Assembly (NCBI GenBank): GCA_032718475.1
Contig: JAUCBJ010005586.1
Span: forward strand, 1 to 49,361
From: Nemertoderma westbladi
Lineage: Eukaryota; Animalia; Xenacoelomorpha
Direction of reading: 5' to 3'
DNA: 49,361 bases
Translations under genes and position numbers: made by a program
In this document: positions 24,178 through 36,100 of the stretch, in pieces
Position numbering within the stretch: the first letter of the stretch is position 1
Layout: every line of letters starts with the position of its first letter
The notes under the pieces: model-generated
Database searches by the model: none
Told to the model about the DNA's origin: nothing
What the model saw: the letters and a program-made list of their open reading frames with translations, nothing else

Positions 24178-25746
24178 ATGCCAAAGTCTACTGGTAGAAT
24201 GAATAATTCCACAGTCGGTGCCAGTGGACGGACAGGTGAAACCTCCCAATCTAGCCCTGTATCATCAAGTCGGCCAAAAAGGAAGCGAGTTCAGAGTGCT
24301 AGGGCAGTGGAAGCATCTGGAATAGAGATAACTCCACGTGCTTCCACTACTGCATCAAGTGTTGGTACGACTGATAGCTCTTTGACAGTACCTGTGGAGG
24401 TTCCACACAACGTTCATCCTGGTAACAATGCAGCAGACAATCCTAGTACTACGAACAGCAATATTCATGCAGGTACTCAGGCCCAACCAGCTGCCAATAT
24501 TACCACTGGTGTAGACAATCATCCAGTCACGGTTGCACCTTCCTTCCCATTACCTCCACAGCAATGGAACCCATACCAAATGCCGTATGCATATCCATCG
24601 CTCCATCCAGCATATGGAATTCCGCCCAACTTTCAAAATCCTTACATATATAATAATAATTTCCCTACCCAGAGTGGGATTCTAAATCCTTATGCACCTA
24701 TCCCTGCTGGCACTACGACTCCATACTGGCCTTGCCCTCCTGCAATGCCTACCGGTACGAATGTATCTTCTACTAATGCCAATCCGAGACTGGATTTACC
24801 GGTACATGCTGCAACATCGGGAATATCATCAAATATGAATACCGGTAGTCATTCAACTCCAGCATTCTCCACAGTTGGCCCACCGATGCAACCCCATGCT
24901 GCTCAACTTCCAAGAATTAGTGAAGCAATACAAAATCTCGCAGGTGAGTCTGTTAATACTTTGGGCAATACTACTAAGGGTTTTGTACCTATTGATGCCC
25001 TTGTTCCATTAGAAGTAAAGGAAAAGGTATGGGCACATAAATTTGTTGATCTTTCCATTTTACTATACAGTACCCCAACTAAATCAAAGCGTAAATTTCC
25101 GATTTCGCTTTCATCTGGAAATGTTAGTTGCCATTCTAGTCAGCAACCAGTTCTAGTATACGAAACAATGGAATCTCAGCAGCATAAGGAGATTACCACC
25201 TTCGAAGAATGGCTGGTGGCCTGGAACATATTTTCATCAATTTATGAGGATAAATACCCCGCGGAGAGCAAGCATCTGAAGAAATACACTATTATCTTGA
25301 AGGATATTAAGGATGGTGGAGGTTCATGGATGTTATATGATGAGAAATTTCGTTTATGCAAGCAAAACTCCCCATCGGATTATTGCTGGGGGGTCCCCCT
25401 GCAGGAATTATCCTTATTGGCCACAGCTAGGAAAGTTGGTAATTTCCCAATACCATACCGATATTGTTTCTCATACCATAGGGGAGAAAAATGTCTCACT
25501 TGTGATTTTAACCACTCTTGTCCCAATTGTGGCTCAAGTCACAGGCTCCTTAAGTGTCCCCATCCACTCCAGGGAGCTGAATCACAGCGGCCCTTTCGAC
25601 ATCCCGGTTCATTCTCGTCACGTGGCCAACGCGGCCCTTCCACAAAGGGAAGGGGAATGGATCGGAGGTCCTTCTCGCGTGGCCAGTTCAACACTGGATT
25701 CCGCAACCGTTATTCTACCAACACCAGTAAATTGGGTGAAACTTAA
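24178..25746 (+). CDS. gag: Gag-like ORF1 of YR retrotransposon
   Basis: Low-complexity P/S/T-rich N-terminus. KVWAHKFVDLSILL, FEEWLVAWNIF, WMLYDEKFR, C-terminal CFSYHRGEKC..C..H.CPNCGSSH..C zinc finger. Confidence 0.85.
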   Translation: MPKSTGRMNNSTVGASGRTGETSQSSPVSSSRPKRKRVQSARAVEASGIEITPRASTTASSVGTTDSSLTVPVEVPHNVHPGNNAADNPSTTNSNIHAGTQAQPAANITTGVDNHPVTVAPSFPLPPQQWNPYQMPYAYPSLHPAYGIPPNFQNPYIYNNNFPTQSGILNPYAPIPAGTTTPYWPCPPAMPTGTNVSSTNANPRLDLPVHAATSGISSNMNTGSHSTPAFSTVGPPMQPHAAQLPRISEAIQNLAGESVNTLGNTTKGFVPIDALVPLEVKEKVWAHKFVDLSILLYSTPTKSKRKFPISLSSGNVSCHSSQQPVLVYETMESQQHKEITTFEEWLVAWNIFSSIYEDKYPAESKHLKKYTIILKDIKDGGGSWMLYDEKFRLCKQNSPSDYCWGVPLQELSLLATARKVGNFPIPYRYCFSYHRGEKCLTCDFNHSCPNCGSSHRLLKCPHPLQGAESQRPFRHPGSFSSRGQRGPSTKGRGMDRRSFSRGQFNTGFRNRYSTNTSKLGET

Positions 25747-27301
25747 TGATTATTTAGAGGGATATGATATACAGGAGCGAGAATATTTACATAGCGGATT
25801 TACTTATGGATTTCGTTTAAACTATGAAGGTCCAAACATATCTACCATTACACCTAATTCAATCAGTGCCCAATCCAATCCGATAATAGTGACTCAGAAA
25901 ATTAACAAAGAAATTGCGGCCGGAAGAATGGTGGGCCCATTTGATTCCCCACCATTTCCAAAGTACCATGTCAACCCAGTAGGCATAAGACCAAAGAAGA
26001 ATCCAAATGAATTTAGAATGATCCATGATCTCTCAGCCCCACATAACGAATTATCAGTAAACTTTAACATATCATCCGATAATTCGTCTTGTTCATACTA
26101 CAAAGTTGAGGATGCTATCAATATGATCGTACGTGTAGGAAAGGGTTGTTATTTATCCAAAACGGACATATCTACAGCATTTCGGCTCATACCTATATCA
26201 CCTCAAGATTATCATCTGATGTGTACTAAATGGAAAGGAAAATGGTACTTTGATAAGTGTCTCGAAATGGGGGCCAGCTCCAGCTGTAAAATATTTGAAC
26301 GATTCAGTTCCTGTTTACAATGGGTCGGTATTACTAAGTTAAATATTCCCGAACTTATACATGTCCTGGATGATTTCTTTCTTGCATCAAGTACATATTA
26401 TGACTGCAAGTCTCAATTAACACGGTTTTCTATATTTTGTGAAGAAGTTGGAGTTTTATTGGCCCCAGACAAAACCGAAGGCCCTAAACAACTCCTTACA
26501 TTCCTCGGGATTGAGCTTGATAGTGTTAACTTGGTAGCTAGATTACCTTCTGACAAAGTTGACCGAGCACTACAATCAGTACAAAATCTAAAGATGAAAA
26601 GATGGGTGTTGAAACTAGAGCTCCTGTCCCTCATTGGTTTCCTCAACTTTGCATGTCAAGTGATTATACCAGGAAGAGCATTTCTCAGAAGGTTAATAGA
26701 CTTATCTATGTCAGTAACATCCGTGCATCATCTGGTTAGATTGAAGTCTTGGGCCAGGGCAGATCTGGTGGCCTGGGAGTCATTCCTTGTCGAATTTAAC
26801 GGATGCACTATGTTTATGAATGCTCATTGGAATTCAAACAATAGTATTGAACTTTTTTCAGATGCTGCCCAATCTAAAGGTTATGGGGCAGTGTTCCGCA
26901 ACCATTGGTTCTTTGGGGAATGGCCTCCTGCTTGGGGGCTTTGTACCAATACATCATTGCTAGAACTTTACCCGATTATGTTAATATTACATATCTGGGG
27001 TCCAAACCTAGCAGGAATGAGGATTATCTTCCGCACAGATAATGAAGGACTTGTACCAATCTTAAATAAGAAAACATCTAAAAACCCACACATTATGAAT
27101 CTAATCCGTCGTATTGTTATATTATCAATGAAATATAATATATTATTTAGAGCGAGCCACATCTCCGGTGTAAATAACGTTAAAGCAGACCATCTTTCTC
27201 GTTTACAGATAGCATCATTTATGGAGATAGCGCCCGAAGCTGACAAGGACGCAACTCCGGTTCCACCGCATCTGAGACCAGACGACTCCTTTTTCGATTG
27301 A
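25313..27301 (+). CDS. pol: RT + RNase H ORF of YR retrotransposon (true start uncertain)
   Basis: GRMVGPF, FRMIHDLS, KTDISTAFRLIPI, LEMGASSSCKIFE, HVLDDFF, FLGIELDS. RNase H: LFSDAA, LLELYPI, FRTDN, NVKADHLSR. Confidence 0.93.
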   Translation: MVEVHGCYMMRNFVYASKTPHRIIAGGSPCRNYPYWPQLGKLVISQYHTDIVSHTIGEKNVSLVILTTLVPIVAQVTGSLSVPIHSRELNHSGPFDIPVHSRHVANAALPQREGEWIGGPSRVASSTLDSATVILPTPVNWVKLNDYLEGYDIQEREYLHSGFTYGFRLNYEGPNISTITPNSISAQSNPIIVTQKINKEIAAGRMVGPFDSPPFPKYHVNPVGIRPKKNPNEFRMIHDLSAPHNELSVNFNISSDNSSCSYYKVEDAINMIVRVGKGCYLSKTDISTAFRLIPISPQDYHLMCTKWKGKWYFDKCLEMGASSSCKIFERFSSCLQWVGITKLNIPELIHVLDDFFLASSTYYDCKSQLTRFSIFCEEVGVLLAPDKTEGPKQLLTFLGIELDSVNLVARLPSDKVDRALQSVQNLKMKRWVLKLELLSLIGFLNFACQVIIPGRAFLRRLIDLSMSVTSVHHLVRLKSWARADLVAWESFLVEFNGCTMFMNAHWNSNNSIELFSDAAQSKGYGAVFRNHWFFGEWPPAWGLCTNTSLLELYPIMLILHIWGPNLAGMRIIFRTDNEGLVPILNKKTSKNPHIMNLIRRIVILSMKYNILFRASHISGVNNVKADHLSRLQIASFMEIAPEADKDATPVPPHLRPDDSFFD

Positions 27302-28179
27302 CTGAACTGGTTGAAACGTCATGGGAAATATCTACCATTGAGTCGTATAAAAGAACCTGGGTTAAATTTAGGTTGTTCCTTAACGAGGTCTTGAATACCC
27401 CATTGATACTTCCTGTTGATCATACAGTCTTGGGATGCTTTGTTGCATATTTAGACTCCCAGCAAATGCATAGATCAACTATCGTGCAACACATGTCAGC
27501 TATATCCCTTCCCCACAAACTCTTACAACTAGATGACCCCACAAAATCGTTCTTAGTTTCTCGAGCATTAATTGGAATTGGGAAGCATGTCGTATGTCCT
27601 GATTCAAGGTTACCTATTATAAAGGCATTACTGTCGCGTATGTTATATGCTATTGATGTTATATACACTGATTCTTATAAGAGTTTGCTTATAAAATCTA
27701 TGTTTCTGGTTGCCTTTTATGGTTTTCTCAGAGTAGGTGAATTTTTGCAAAAGAAAGGACAATTGGGAAAATGGGTGCTTAGTTTTAAGGATGTGCAATT
27801 TGATAATAATATTGCTATTTTATTAATTAGGCATTTTAAGCACCAAAAACCACCATATGTACCAGCACATGTCAGTATTTTAGATAATGAATACCACAAT
27901 CCAGTGAAAATATTACGGCATTATTTACACAACCGTCCATTGCAAAATGAAGATAGCCCATTGTTTATGTGGCAATCAGGTGACTTAGTATATCGGAACC
28001 AGTTTGTTATGATTTTAAATAAGTGCTTAAATTTCTTGAACATATCGACTCAGGTATATAAAACACATAGTTTTCGTATTGGTGCTGCTACAGAGGCAGC
28101 AAGGGAAGGTTGTACAGATGCATATATACGAGCCCAGGGCCGATGGTCTTCGAATGCCTTCTTGAGATATATAAGATAA
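27298..28179 (+). CDS. Tyrosine recombinase (no ATG start in frame at the 5' end)
   Basis: FYGFLRVGEF (R), HSFRIGAAT (HxxR), GRWSSNAFLRYIR (W, catalytic Y). Confidence 0.93.
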   Translation: MTELVETSWEISTIESYKRTWVKFRLFLNEVLNTPLILPVDHTVLGCFVAYLDSQQMHRSTIVQHMSAISLPHKLLQLDDPTKSFLVSRALIGIGKHVVCPDSRLPIIKALLSRMLYAIDVIYTDSYKSLLIKSMFLVAFYGFLRVGEFLQKKGQLGKWVLSFKDVQFDNNIAILLIRHFKHQKPPYVPAHVSILDNEYHNPVKILRHYLHNRPLQNEDSPLFMWQSGDLVYRNQFVMILNKCLNFLNISTQVYKTHSFRIGAATEAAREGCTDAYIRAQGRWSSNAFLRYIR

Positions 28180-28559
28180 CTTTAATTTGATATGATTAAT
28201 TATTGGATATTTTATTATATTATTATTTTATACTACACTTCTCGAGAGTTGATGTTTAGGTTATTTCTGTATATATTTGCATATATATATGTATGTATGT
28301 GTATAGATATATATACATTACCTTTTATAGTCTTAGTTTGTGGTTTAAAATATGCCTTGATTATATTCATGTACTATAGTGTTGCTTGCTTATATGTACG
28401 TAGTCAGTATAGATTGAGAAATGGAGTTACCGAAAATTAAATTTCTATGGCTTTTGCTCGGGTGGGGTCGCATATTCGGTAATATGCGCTGGGCGATATA
28501 TACCCTCACCCTTTGCCTCATATAATAATGTTTATTATTAATTAAAGAAAAATGAGGTA

Positions 28560-28590
28560 TGCCTCGTAACTTCATCGAAGTTACGAGGCA
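28560..28590. other. Perfect 14-bp inverted repeat hairpin downstream of the YR ORF
   Basis: TGCCTCGTAACTTC-ATC-GAAGTTACGAGGCA. A smaller CGCATATT/AATATGCG hairpin lies at 28470-28489. Confidence 0.85.
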
Positions 28591-28858
28591 CTTACAGCCA
28601 TTAAATATATTTATTTTATATTATTCGGGAAAGCATAGCTTCGCAAAAGCCCCTTAAGGTCAGCAGGAACATAAATGAATGATACACAGGACTTGTAAGT
28701 AGATTCTAAGAAAATGTGATTTACACATGAGAAATCAAGTTGGGGGTAGGATTCCCGGAGATCACCTAGTAGAGAGCAACTTAGAAGGACACGGGCTTCG
28801 GTCTGTATAGAACTGCATTTATAAAAACGTCTGTCTCGAGGAATACGCGACCACCTGC

Positions 28859-30845
28859 CTACTACTACTACTACTAGGATCGGCATGCTGCATTGCAGCT
28901 GCATTTTTAAGAATGCTGTGCCGGCTTGTCAACAAAATTGCACCGCCACAACTCCCTATCACCCATGACATTTGCTAGATCATCCGCATCTTTAAGGCCA
29001 GTGTCCTTTAAGATGCGTCTCAAGAAAGTCATGGGCTGTCCACCATGCTTATTCACTCCATGAGGCTGCCAAAGTACAAGATTATGCACTGGCTGGTCCT
29101 CACGGCGTAAGCAATGTCCTGCAAAGCGGAGGCGATTTTGTTCTAGTGTCAAGCTTGGGGGAACCAATGAGACACCTCCAATGTTATATAGTGTCGGGTT
29201 GGAGATGTGTGCATTGTACTTGACACAATGAACCCGGCGTAGCATTCTTGTGAATGTGCCATCGAGAGATTTGGTGTCCTCAGTAGTTAGAGCCCAGCAT
29301 GGACTCCCGTAGAGGAGTACTGGAACTACTGCTGCTCTAAATAATCGGACCTTAAGTTTCCGATTAATTCTCGGTGACTTCCAAATCCTGGAAAGCCTAT
29401 TCAAGGCTGCCCATGCCTTTCCCTTACGTATTCGAAGGTCCTCACCTGACTTCCGGATCCATGATCCCAGGTAACAGAAGTCGTCCACATGCTCAAGCAT
29501 ACCATCCTTTGAGCTTAGGCTCATCCGATCAGAGACTTGCTGAGGACTTTCAAAGTTAACTGTCAGAATTTTGGTCTTTCTGGAGTTAATAAAAAGACCA
29601 ACACTAGAAGCAGCATGTTCAAATGAGCTGAGGAGCCGTTGGGCTCCCTCTAATGATTCTGAGAGTACTCCTAAGTCATCAGCAAAGTCTAGATCAGTTA
29701 GATACTTTGCAGGATTTCCTTGACTTCTGGAGCCAGTAGATGGAGTTATCATCACCCCATCATCATTATGATGATCTAAGGACATGCGTAGAACATAGTC
29801 AACAACAATTATGAACAAGAATGGTGCAAGTGTGTCTCCCTGGAGGACGCCCCATAACACTTCAAATGGTTCTGTGTCACCGTCAACAGTAGACACAAAT
29901 GTTGTCGAACCATCATATACTGATCTGATTGCTGCAATAATTTCATCAGGAATCCCATATAATGAAAGTATGCTGAACATACGTGAGCGAGAGACTGAAT
30001 CAAAGGCCTTGAAGAAGTCAACAAAGATAACAGCCAGATGCCTGTCTTTCTTTTGTGATAACTCTTCAATTATCCTTCTAAGTGCCAAAATGGGCTCCAT
30101 GGTCCCACGACCTTTACGGAAACCATTCTGATTTCCACGGAGCAGTCTCTCAATGGGATCCCTGATGCGATTTAATAGAATTCTATTGTATAGCTTTGCA
30201 GCAATCGAGATCAATGAGATTCCCCGAAAAGAACCATAGAGGGTTAGGTTGCCCTTCTTAGGAACTGGCACCAACTTATTTGTTTTCATTTCTTGTGGGA
30301 CTCTTGTTGTTCGGTACATGTCTACTATGATGGGATAGATGAGTTTTAAACACTCAGGTATTTTAAAGGCCTAAGGGGGAACACCATCTACTCCACTGGC
30401 ACGATTGGACTTAATGCTCTTTGCAGCAGCCTTCACTTCTGCACAGGAGATATCACCAATGGGAATATCTGGGAGTACAGACTCAGACACTTTTACTTCT
30501 ATAAAGTTATCAGGCAATACCCTATCATTATTGAGGAGCTTTTCAAAGTGGGCCTTCCAACCATTGAGGCGATCGGCTGGTGATTCAGCCTTAACCTTGG
30601 TGGTTGGTTGCCTTTTTCGATCAGCAAGCAAGTTGATCGATCTCCATGCCTGGGATGATTGCCTGCTGTCGTCAGCATCATTGATGGCATCAACCTGTTG
30701 GTTTATTAGCTCCTGTAAATTAACAGAGTACTGCCTGTTCAGGGACCTAGATGCAGCCTTAACTGCATTCTTGGCCGCTGTAGTCTGTTTGAGTCGGGAC
30801 TCTTTCTGCGCTTCGTAGAGGACATTTCGGTAATCATTTTCAATA
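28859..30845 (-). mobile_element. 5'-truncated RTE-clade LINE with a (TAG)n 3' tail
   Basis: ORFs 30371-30850 and 28907-30319 are in the same frame, separated by one TAG. Motifs RGISLISIAAKLYNRILLNRI, NQNGFRKGRGT, FVDFFKAFDSV, GVLQGDTLAPFLF, LDFADD, FCYLGS, RLRFAGHCLR. Short 3' UTR, then (TAG)6 at ~28859-28877. Confidence 0.92.
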
Positions 30846-31039
30846 ATCAATAACCAATTGGTTATAAGCGATAATTAAGACATGTTCTAAGGTCTAAAAA
30901 TTACGCTGAATCCATTTACGCAGTAATAATTAGAAAATAGTTAAGAATTAGATATATATTTAGTTATTTAAAAATATTTATTATATTAACTAATAATTTT
31001 ATTAAATTAGTGGAATATTTAAATAGCTGTATCTCAAAA

Positions 31040-32524
31040 ACAATCTAGAGAATTTATATCAAATTGGTCTCTATCAATGATTACCAATCCAATGACACCA
31101 GTCCCGAAGCACTGTTGCCATGGCAACCGTTGTTAGGGGCAGTAATCTTCGGGCAACGCCTTAACTAACACCACTTTAAGCACTATAAAAAAACTACAGT
31201 GACTCTACCCCCAGTATATCAAGGTTATTCAACTTAGTTTCAAGTCACGGTTATCATGACAACCGTTGCTAAGTCCAATAGGATTTTCATATCAACCAGT
31301 GATCTAAGCCTTATATAACTATGATATCAAGGTCCACTGTACCGTTACTGATTTTTTTGAGTGACTGTTGCCTCGACCAGTCATTAAAAGATATAGATTT
31401 TCGCACCCTAGTACATAGTTATATTATTTTATAATATTATAAAATAATATTATCAATATTAAATATTAATTAAAAATATGATATTCATATAATAATATGG
31501 TGGTATTGTATGCATATTGTTTTGGTGTTATCAAATTTTGAAATTCTAATATTAAAATCACATATTATTGTACTTAATAAAAAGCAAACACAATTAGACA
31601 CAAAATAATAATATATTAAAATGCCGCAAACTATTATAAGATAACTTACCTGCAGCCGCCAACTGAGCTAAACGCTATAGGCCCAACTACCACCATAATA
31701 ATAACGGAATTTATTGATTGAGTGAATTCTATCTATTATATATATTATCTACTCAAATACCATAAAACAGAAAATATAATGAAATCAACTGCCACTAAAG
31801 CATACCACTCTAATTCAAATTAAATTCAACCACTCTATAATACCAGTTCCTAATTATGTGCATTATAATTAATTAAATTAATTGAGATAATCACTTTAGG
31901 ATCTAAACTAATTATAACAACTCTAAACATGCCTACTCCATTTCCTGCTCATTACCATCCATCAGTGGATCAAAGCTAGTAGATGAGATGGAGCTGGTTC
32001 TACATTAGCAGGCAGTAAGTCGGGAAATAATGCCTTTAAAGCTGTACACAGTTCTCCCAACCATGTAATGGGGCGAATATTGGAGGATCACGTTAATGCG
32101 CTGACATCCATACTGTAGCTTGGTAATGTGCCCTATGTACGTGTAACTCAAAAGCATCCTTAGTGGGTGGCAGTGTCTTTAAAACAGAAGCTGTCGTTGC
32201 CATAAATTTAACCGCCTTATGGAGCATCACGTTAATTATTACATTTGTAATGGTCTTAAATTCTGATTTCCCCCTTACTATATAGCATGTAGCCATATAT
32301 TAATCAGTAGCTTCTTCCAAGATATTCTCAAAACTGCAATCGACTTCTCCAATGTACTTTACTGTACTGTACTATAGGCACAAACATCGTACAATTAAAT
32401 TTCAATGAACAATAGTTAACACTTAAACGTTAAGAATAGTAAATCCATAGTTATATACTAAATCCATAGTTCATAGTGATATACATACAACACGCATTGG
32501 TAGGTAACGAAAATAAATCATGTC
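31040..32524. repeat. Interspersed repeat, copy 2 (lacks the BEL insertion; truncated at 32524)
   Basis: Matches 4725-5945 joined to ~20155-20315. Similarity ends at AATAAATCATGTCA. Confidence 0.85.
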
Positions 32525-33148
32525 AGTAGTAGAGGAAGAGGGTCCCCCCGGTAAGTCCTCCCTATGCTTCTCTATGGGATTGCTCGGAGGGCTATTGAAA
32601 ATGCTCAATTTTGATACATTTACAACGACCATCTGCCACCCCCATTCATTCGCATTGGATCAACCAATGATCGATATTCAACTACGTGTAGCCTAGCCTC
32701 ACGATGCATGCCTAGCCCCTCGCTCGCGGTTACTCTCCGTTTCGCCTCGCTACCATGATGACGACACGACGACGACGATGATCTAATGTATCCTATCATC
32801 ATCTTTACGGTCAGTCACGGTCGTTGCCCTCTTCCACACACACACATCTATATATACTATGCTATGCTATGCTATCTATCTATCTATTATATTGATTGCC
32901 AACTCAATGATTTCCTGCTACTCGACCGCTGTTACCAACCAGCGCCAGTGTGAGTGTTATATGGGACTTGAAATCCCGCTATGCGTACACGTACACATAG
33001 TCGCATTACGAGGTGAAGCGAATCCGAACCGAACCAAATGGTTACTCAACCTAACCCTATTCTATTCTATCACATCTGTGGCATACTGCGGGCTAACATC
33101 TCTATTATACTGTAAGTTTTTTTATTATAATTATTGATTATTATTGCA

Positions 33149-36100
33149 GTGCGATTAATTTAGGTCAATGGTGCAATATAGTTAGGCTTGGCTAATTCCC
33201 TGTCCAGCTGATGAGGTGTCGAGGATTAGCGCGTACTGGTCCTAGAAGCCGAAACGCAACCATATTTTTAAAAAATTAATTATTTTTGTCTTAGTCCTAC
33301 TTCTTTCATGGCGACATAATTGTCATATATTTTCTTATAGAATATAGGCTTAGCTTTTGTGCAGTTTAATACCGGTATCATTTAGTGTATGGCGGTTAGG
33401 TTTTAGGGTTAGGGTTGCGATACATACTTGTATGTGGAGCATGGTATAATGTGTTTTGTTTGTGTTTTTTTGTTTGTTTTGTTTTGTGTTCCTTGATGGC
33501 CTTAGGGTCTGGAAGGTATTTTGGGCTTAATGTCCTGATTCTATATTTTTTTGTAGTTAAAGGTTGTAAGACTCTAGTGTTTACCTTAAAGTTAATATAT
33601 ACATCACAACCACCTGTTAGTCAGTATGTCGGTACATTCAATTATCACATATGAATATCCCAATTTTTTACTGGGATAGAGCAGAACTCCGGCATCACTG
33701 CATGTTGTTAAATCTTATATAATTTTTCTACTGTGTGTTTGCTCTAGCAAACTACCAGTTTTCCATTGGTAACATGTTTACTTACCGTAGGCCTATAGGG
33801 TCCCAATGTTCTAAGGTCTGAAGTCTGTTTGGGCTAAGTGGTAACTGAGTTGATGGTGCGATTAATTTAGGTCAATGGTGCAATATAGTTAGGCTTGGCT
33901 AATTCCCTGTCCAGCTGATGAGGTGTCGAGGATTAGCGCGTACTGGTCCTAGACGCCGAAACGCAACCATATTTTTAACAAATTAATTATTTTTGTCTTA
34001 GTCCTACCTCTTTCATGGCAACATAAATGTCATATATTTTCTTATAGAATATAGGCTTAGCTTTTGTGCAGTTTAATACCGGTATCATTTAGTGTATGGC
34101 GGTTAGGTTTTAGGGTTAGGGTTGCGATACATACTTGTATGTGGAGCATGGTATAATGTATTTTGTTTGTGTTTTTTGTTTGTTTAGTTTTGTGTTCCTT
34201 GATGGCCTTAGGGTCTGGAAGGTATTTTGGGCTTAATGTCCTGATTCTATATTTTTTGTAGTTAAAGGTTGTAAGACTCTAGTGTTTACCTTAAAGTTAA
34301 TATATACATCACAACCACCTGTTATTCAGTATGTCGGTACATTCAATTATCACATATGAATATCCCAATCTTTTACTGGGATAGAGCAGAACTCCGGCAT
34401 CACTGCATGTTGTTAAATCTTATATAATTTTTGTACTGTGTGTTTGCTCTAGCAAACTACCAGTTTTCCATTGGTAACATGTTTACTTACCGTAGGCCTA
34501 TAGGGTCCCAATGTTCTGAGGTCTGAAGTCTGTTTGGGCTAAGTGGTAACTGAGTTGATGGTGCGATTAATTTAGGTCAATGGTGCAATATAGTTAGGCT
34601 TGGCTAATTCCCTATCCAGCTGATGAGGTGTCGAGGATTAGCGCGTACTGGTCCTAGACTCCGAAACGCAACCATATTTTTAACAAATTAATTATTTTTG
34701 TCTTAGTCCTACCTCTTTCATGGCGACAAAAATGTCATATATTTTCTTATAGAATATAGGCTTAGCTTTTGTGCAGTTTAATACCGGTATCATTTAGTGT
34801 ATGGCGGTTAGGTTTTAGGGTTAGGGTTGCGATACATACTTGTATGTGGAGCATGGTATAATGTATTTTGTTTGTGTTTTTTGTTTGTTTTGTTTTGTGT
34901 TCCTTGATGGCCTTAGGGTCTGGAAGGTATTTTGGGCTTAATGTCCTGATTCTATATTTTTTGTAGTTAAAGGTTGTAAGACTCTAGTGTTTACCTTAAA
35001 GTTAATATATACATCACAACCACCTGTTAGTCAGTATGTCGGTACATTCAATTATCACATATGAATATCCCAATTTTTTACTGGGATAGAGCAGAACTCT
35101 GGCATCACTGCATGTTGTTAAATCTTATATAATTTTTGTACTGTGAGTTTGCTCTAGCAAACTACCAGTTTTCCATTGGTAACATGTTTACTTACCATAG
35201 GCCTATAGGGTCCCAATGTTCTGAGGTCTGAAGTCTGTTTGGGCTAAGTGGTAACTGAGTTGATGGTGCGATTAATTTAGGTCAATGGTGCAATATAGTT
35301 AGGCTTGGCTAATTCCCTGTCCAGCTGATGAGGTGTTGAGGATTAGCGCGTACTGGTCCTAGACGCCGAAACGCAACCATATTTTTAACAAATTAATTAT
35401 TTTTGTCTTAGTCCTACCTCTTTCATGGCGACAAAAATGTCATATATTTTCTTATAGAATATAGGCTTAGCTTTTGTGCAGTTTAATACCGGTATCATTT
35501 AGTGTATGGTGGTTAGGTTTTAGGGTTAGGGTTGCGATACATACTTGTATGTGGAGCATGGTATAATGTATTTTGTTTGTGTTTTTTGTTTGTTTTGTTT
35601 TGTGTTCCTTGATGGCCTTAGGGTCTGGAAGGTATTTTGGGCTTAATGTCATGATTCTATATTTATTTGTAGTTAAAGGTTGTAAGACTCTAGTGTTTAC
35701 CTTAAAGTTAATATATACATCACAACCACCTGTTAGTCAGTATGGAGGTACATTCAATTATCATATATGAATATCCCAATTTTTTACTGGGATAGAGCAG
35801 AACTCCGGCATCACTGCATGTTGTTAAATCTTATATAATTTTTGTACTGTGTGTTTGCTCTAGAAAACTACCAGTTTTCCATAGGTAACATGTTTATTTA
35901 CCGTAGGCCTATAGGGTCCCAATGTTCTGAGGTCTGAAGTCTGTTTGGGCTAAGTGGTAACTGAGTTGATGGTGCGATTAATTTAGGTCAATGGTGCAAT
36001 ATAGTTAGGCTTGGCTAATTCCCTGTCCAGCTGATGAGGTGTCGAGGATTAGCGCGTACTGGTCCTAGACACCGAAACGCAACCATATTTTTAACAAATT

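Larger units (their letters stand above)
24178..28179 (+). mobile_element. DIRS/Ngaro-type tyrosine-recombinase retrotransposon, coding region (termini not resolved)
   Basis: Three overlapping open ORFs: gag-like, RT/RNase H and tyrosine recombinase. Confidence 0.93.

Noticed and set aside
33395-33415. Telomeric TTAGGG/TTAGG repeats in the 706-bp unit
   Set aside because: Only 2-3 imperfect copies per unit, not a telomeric tract.
33411-33422. GGTTGCG as stem III partner of GAAACGCAACC
   Set aside because: It pairs 7 bp, but is followed by A instead of the required U16.1 and by no stem I complement, so it cannot complete a canonical hammerhead.
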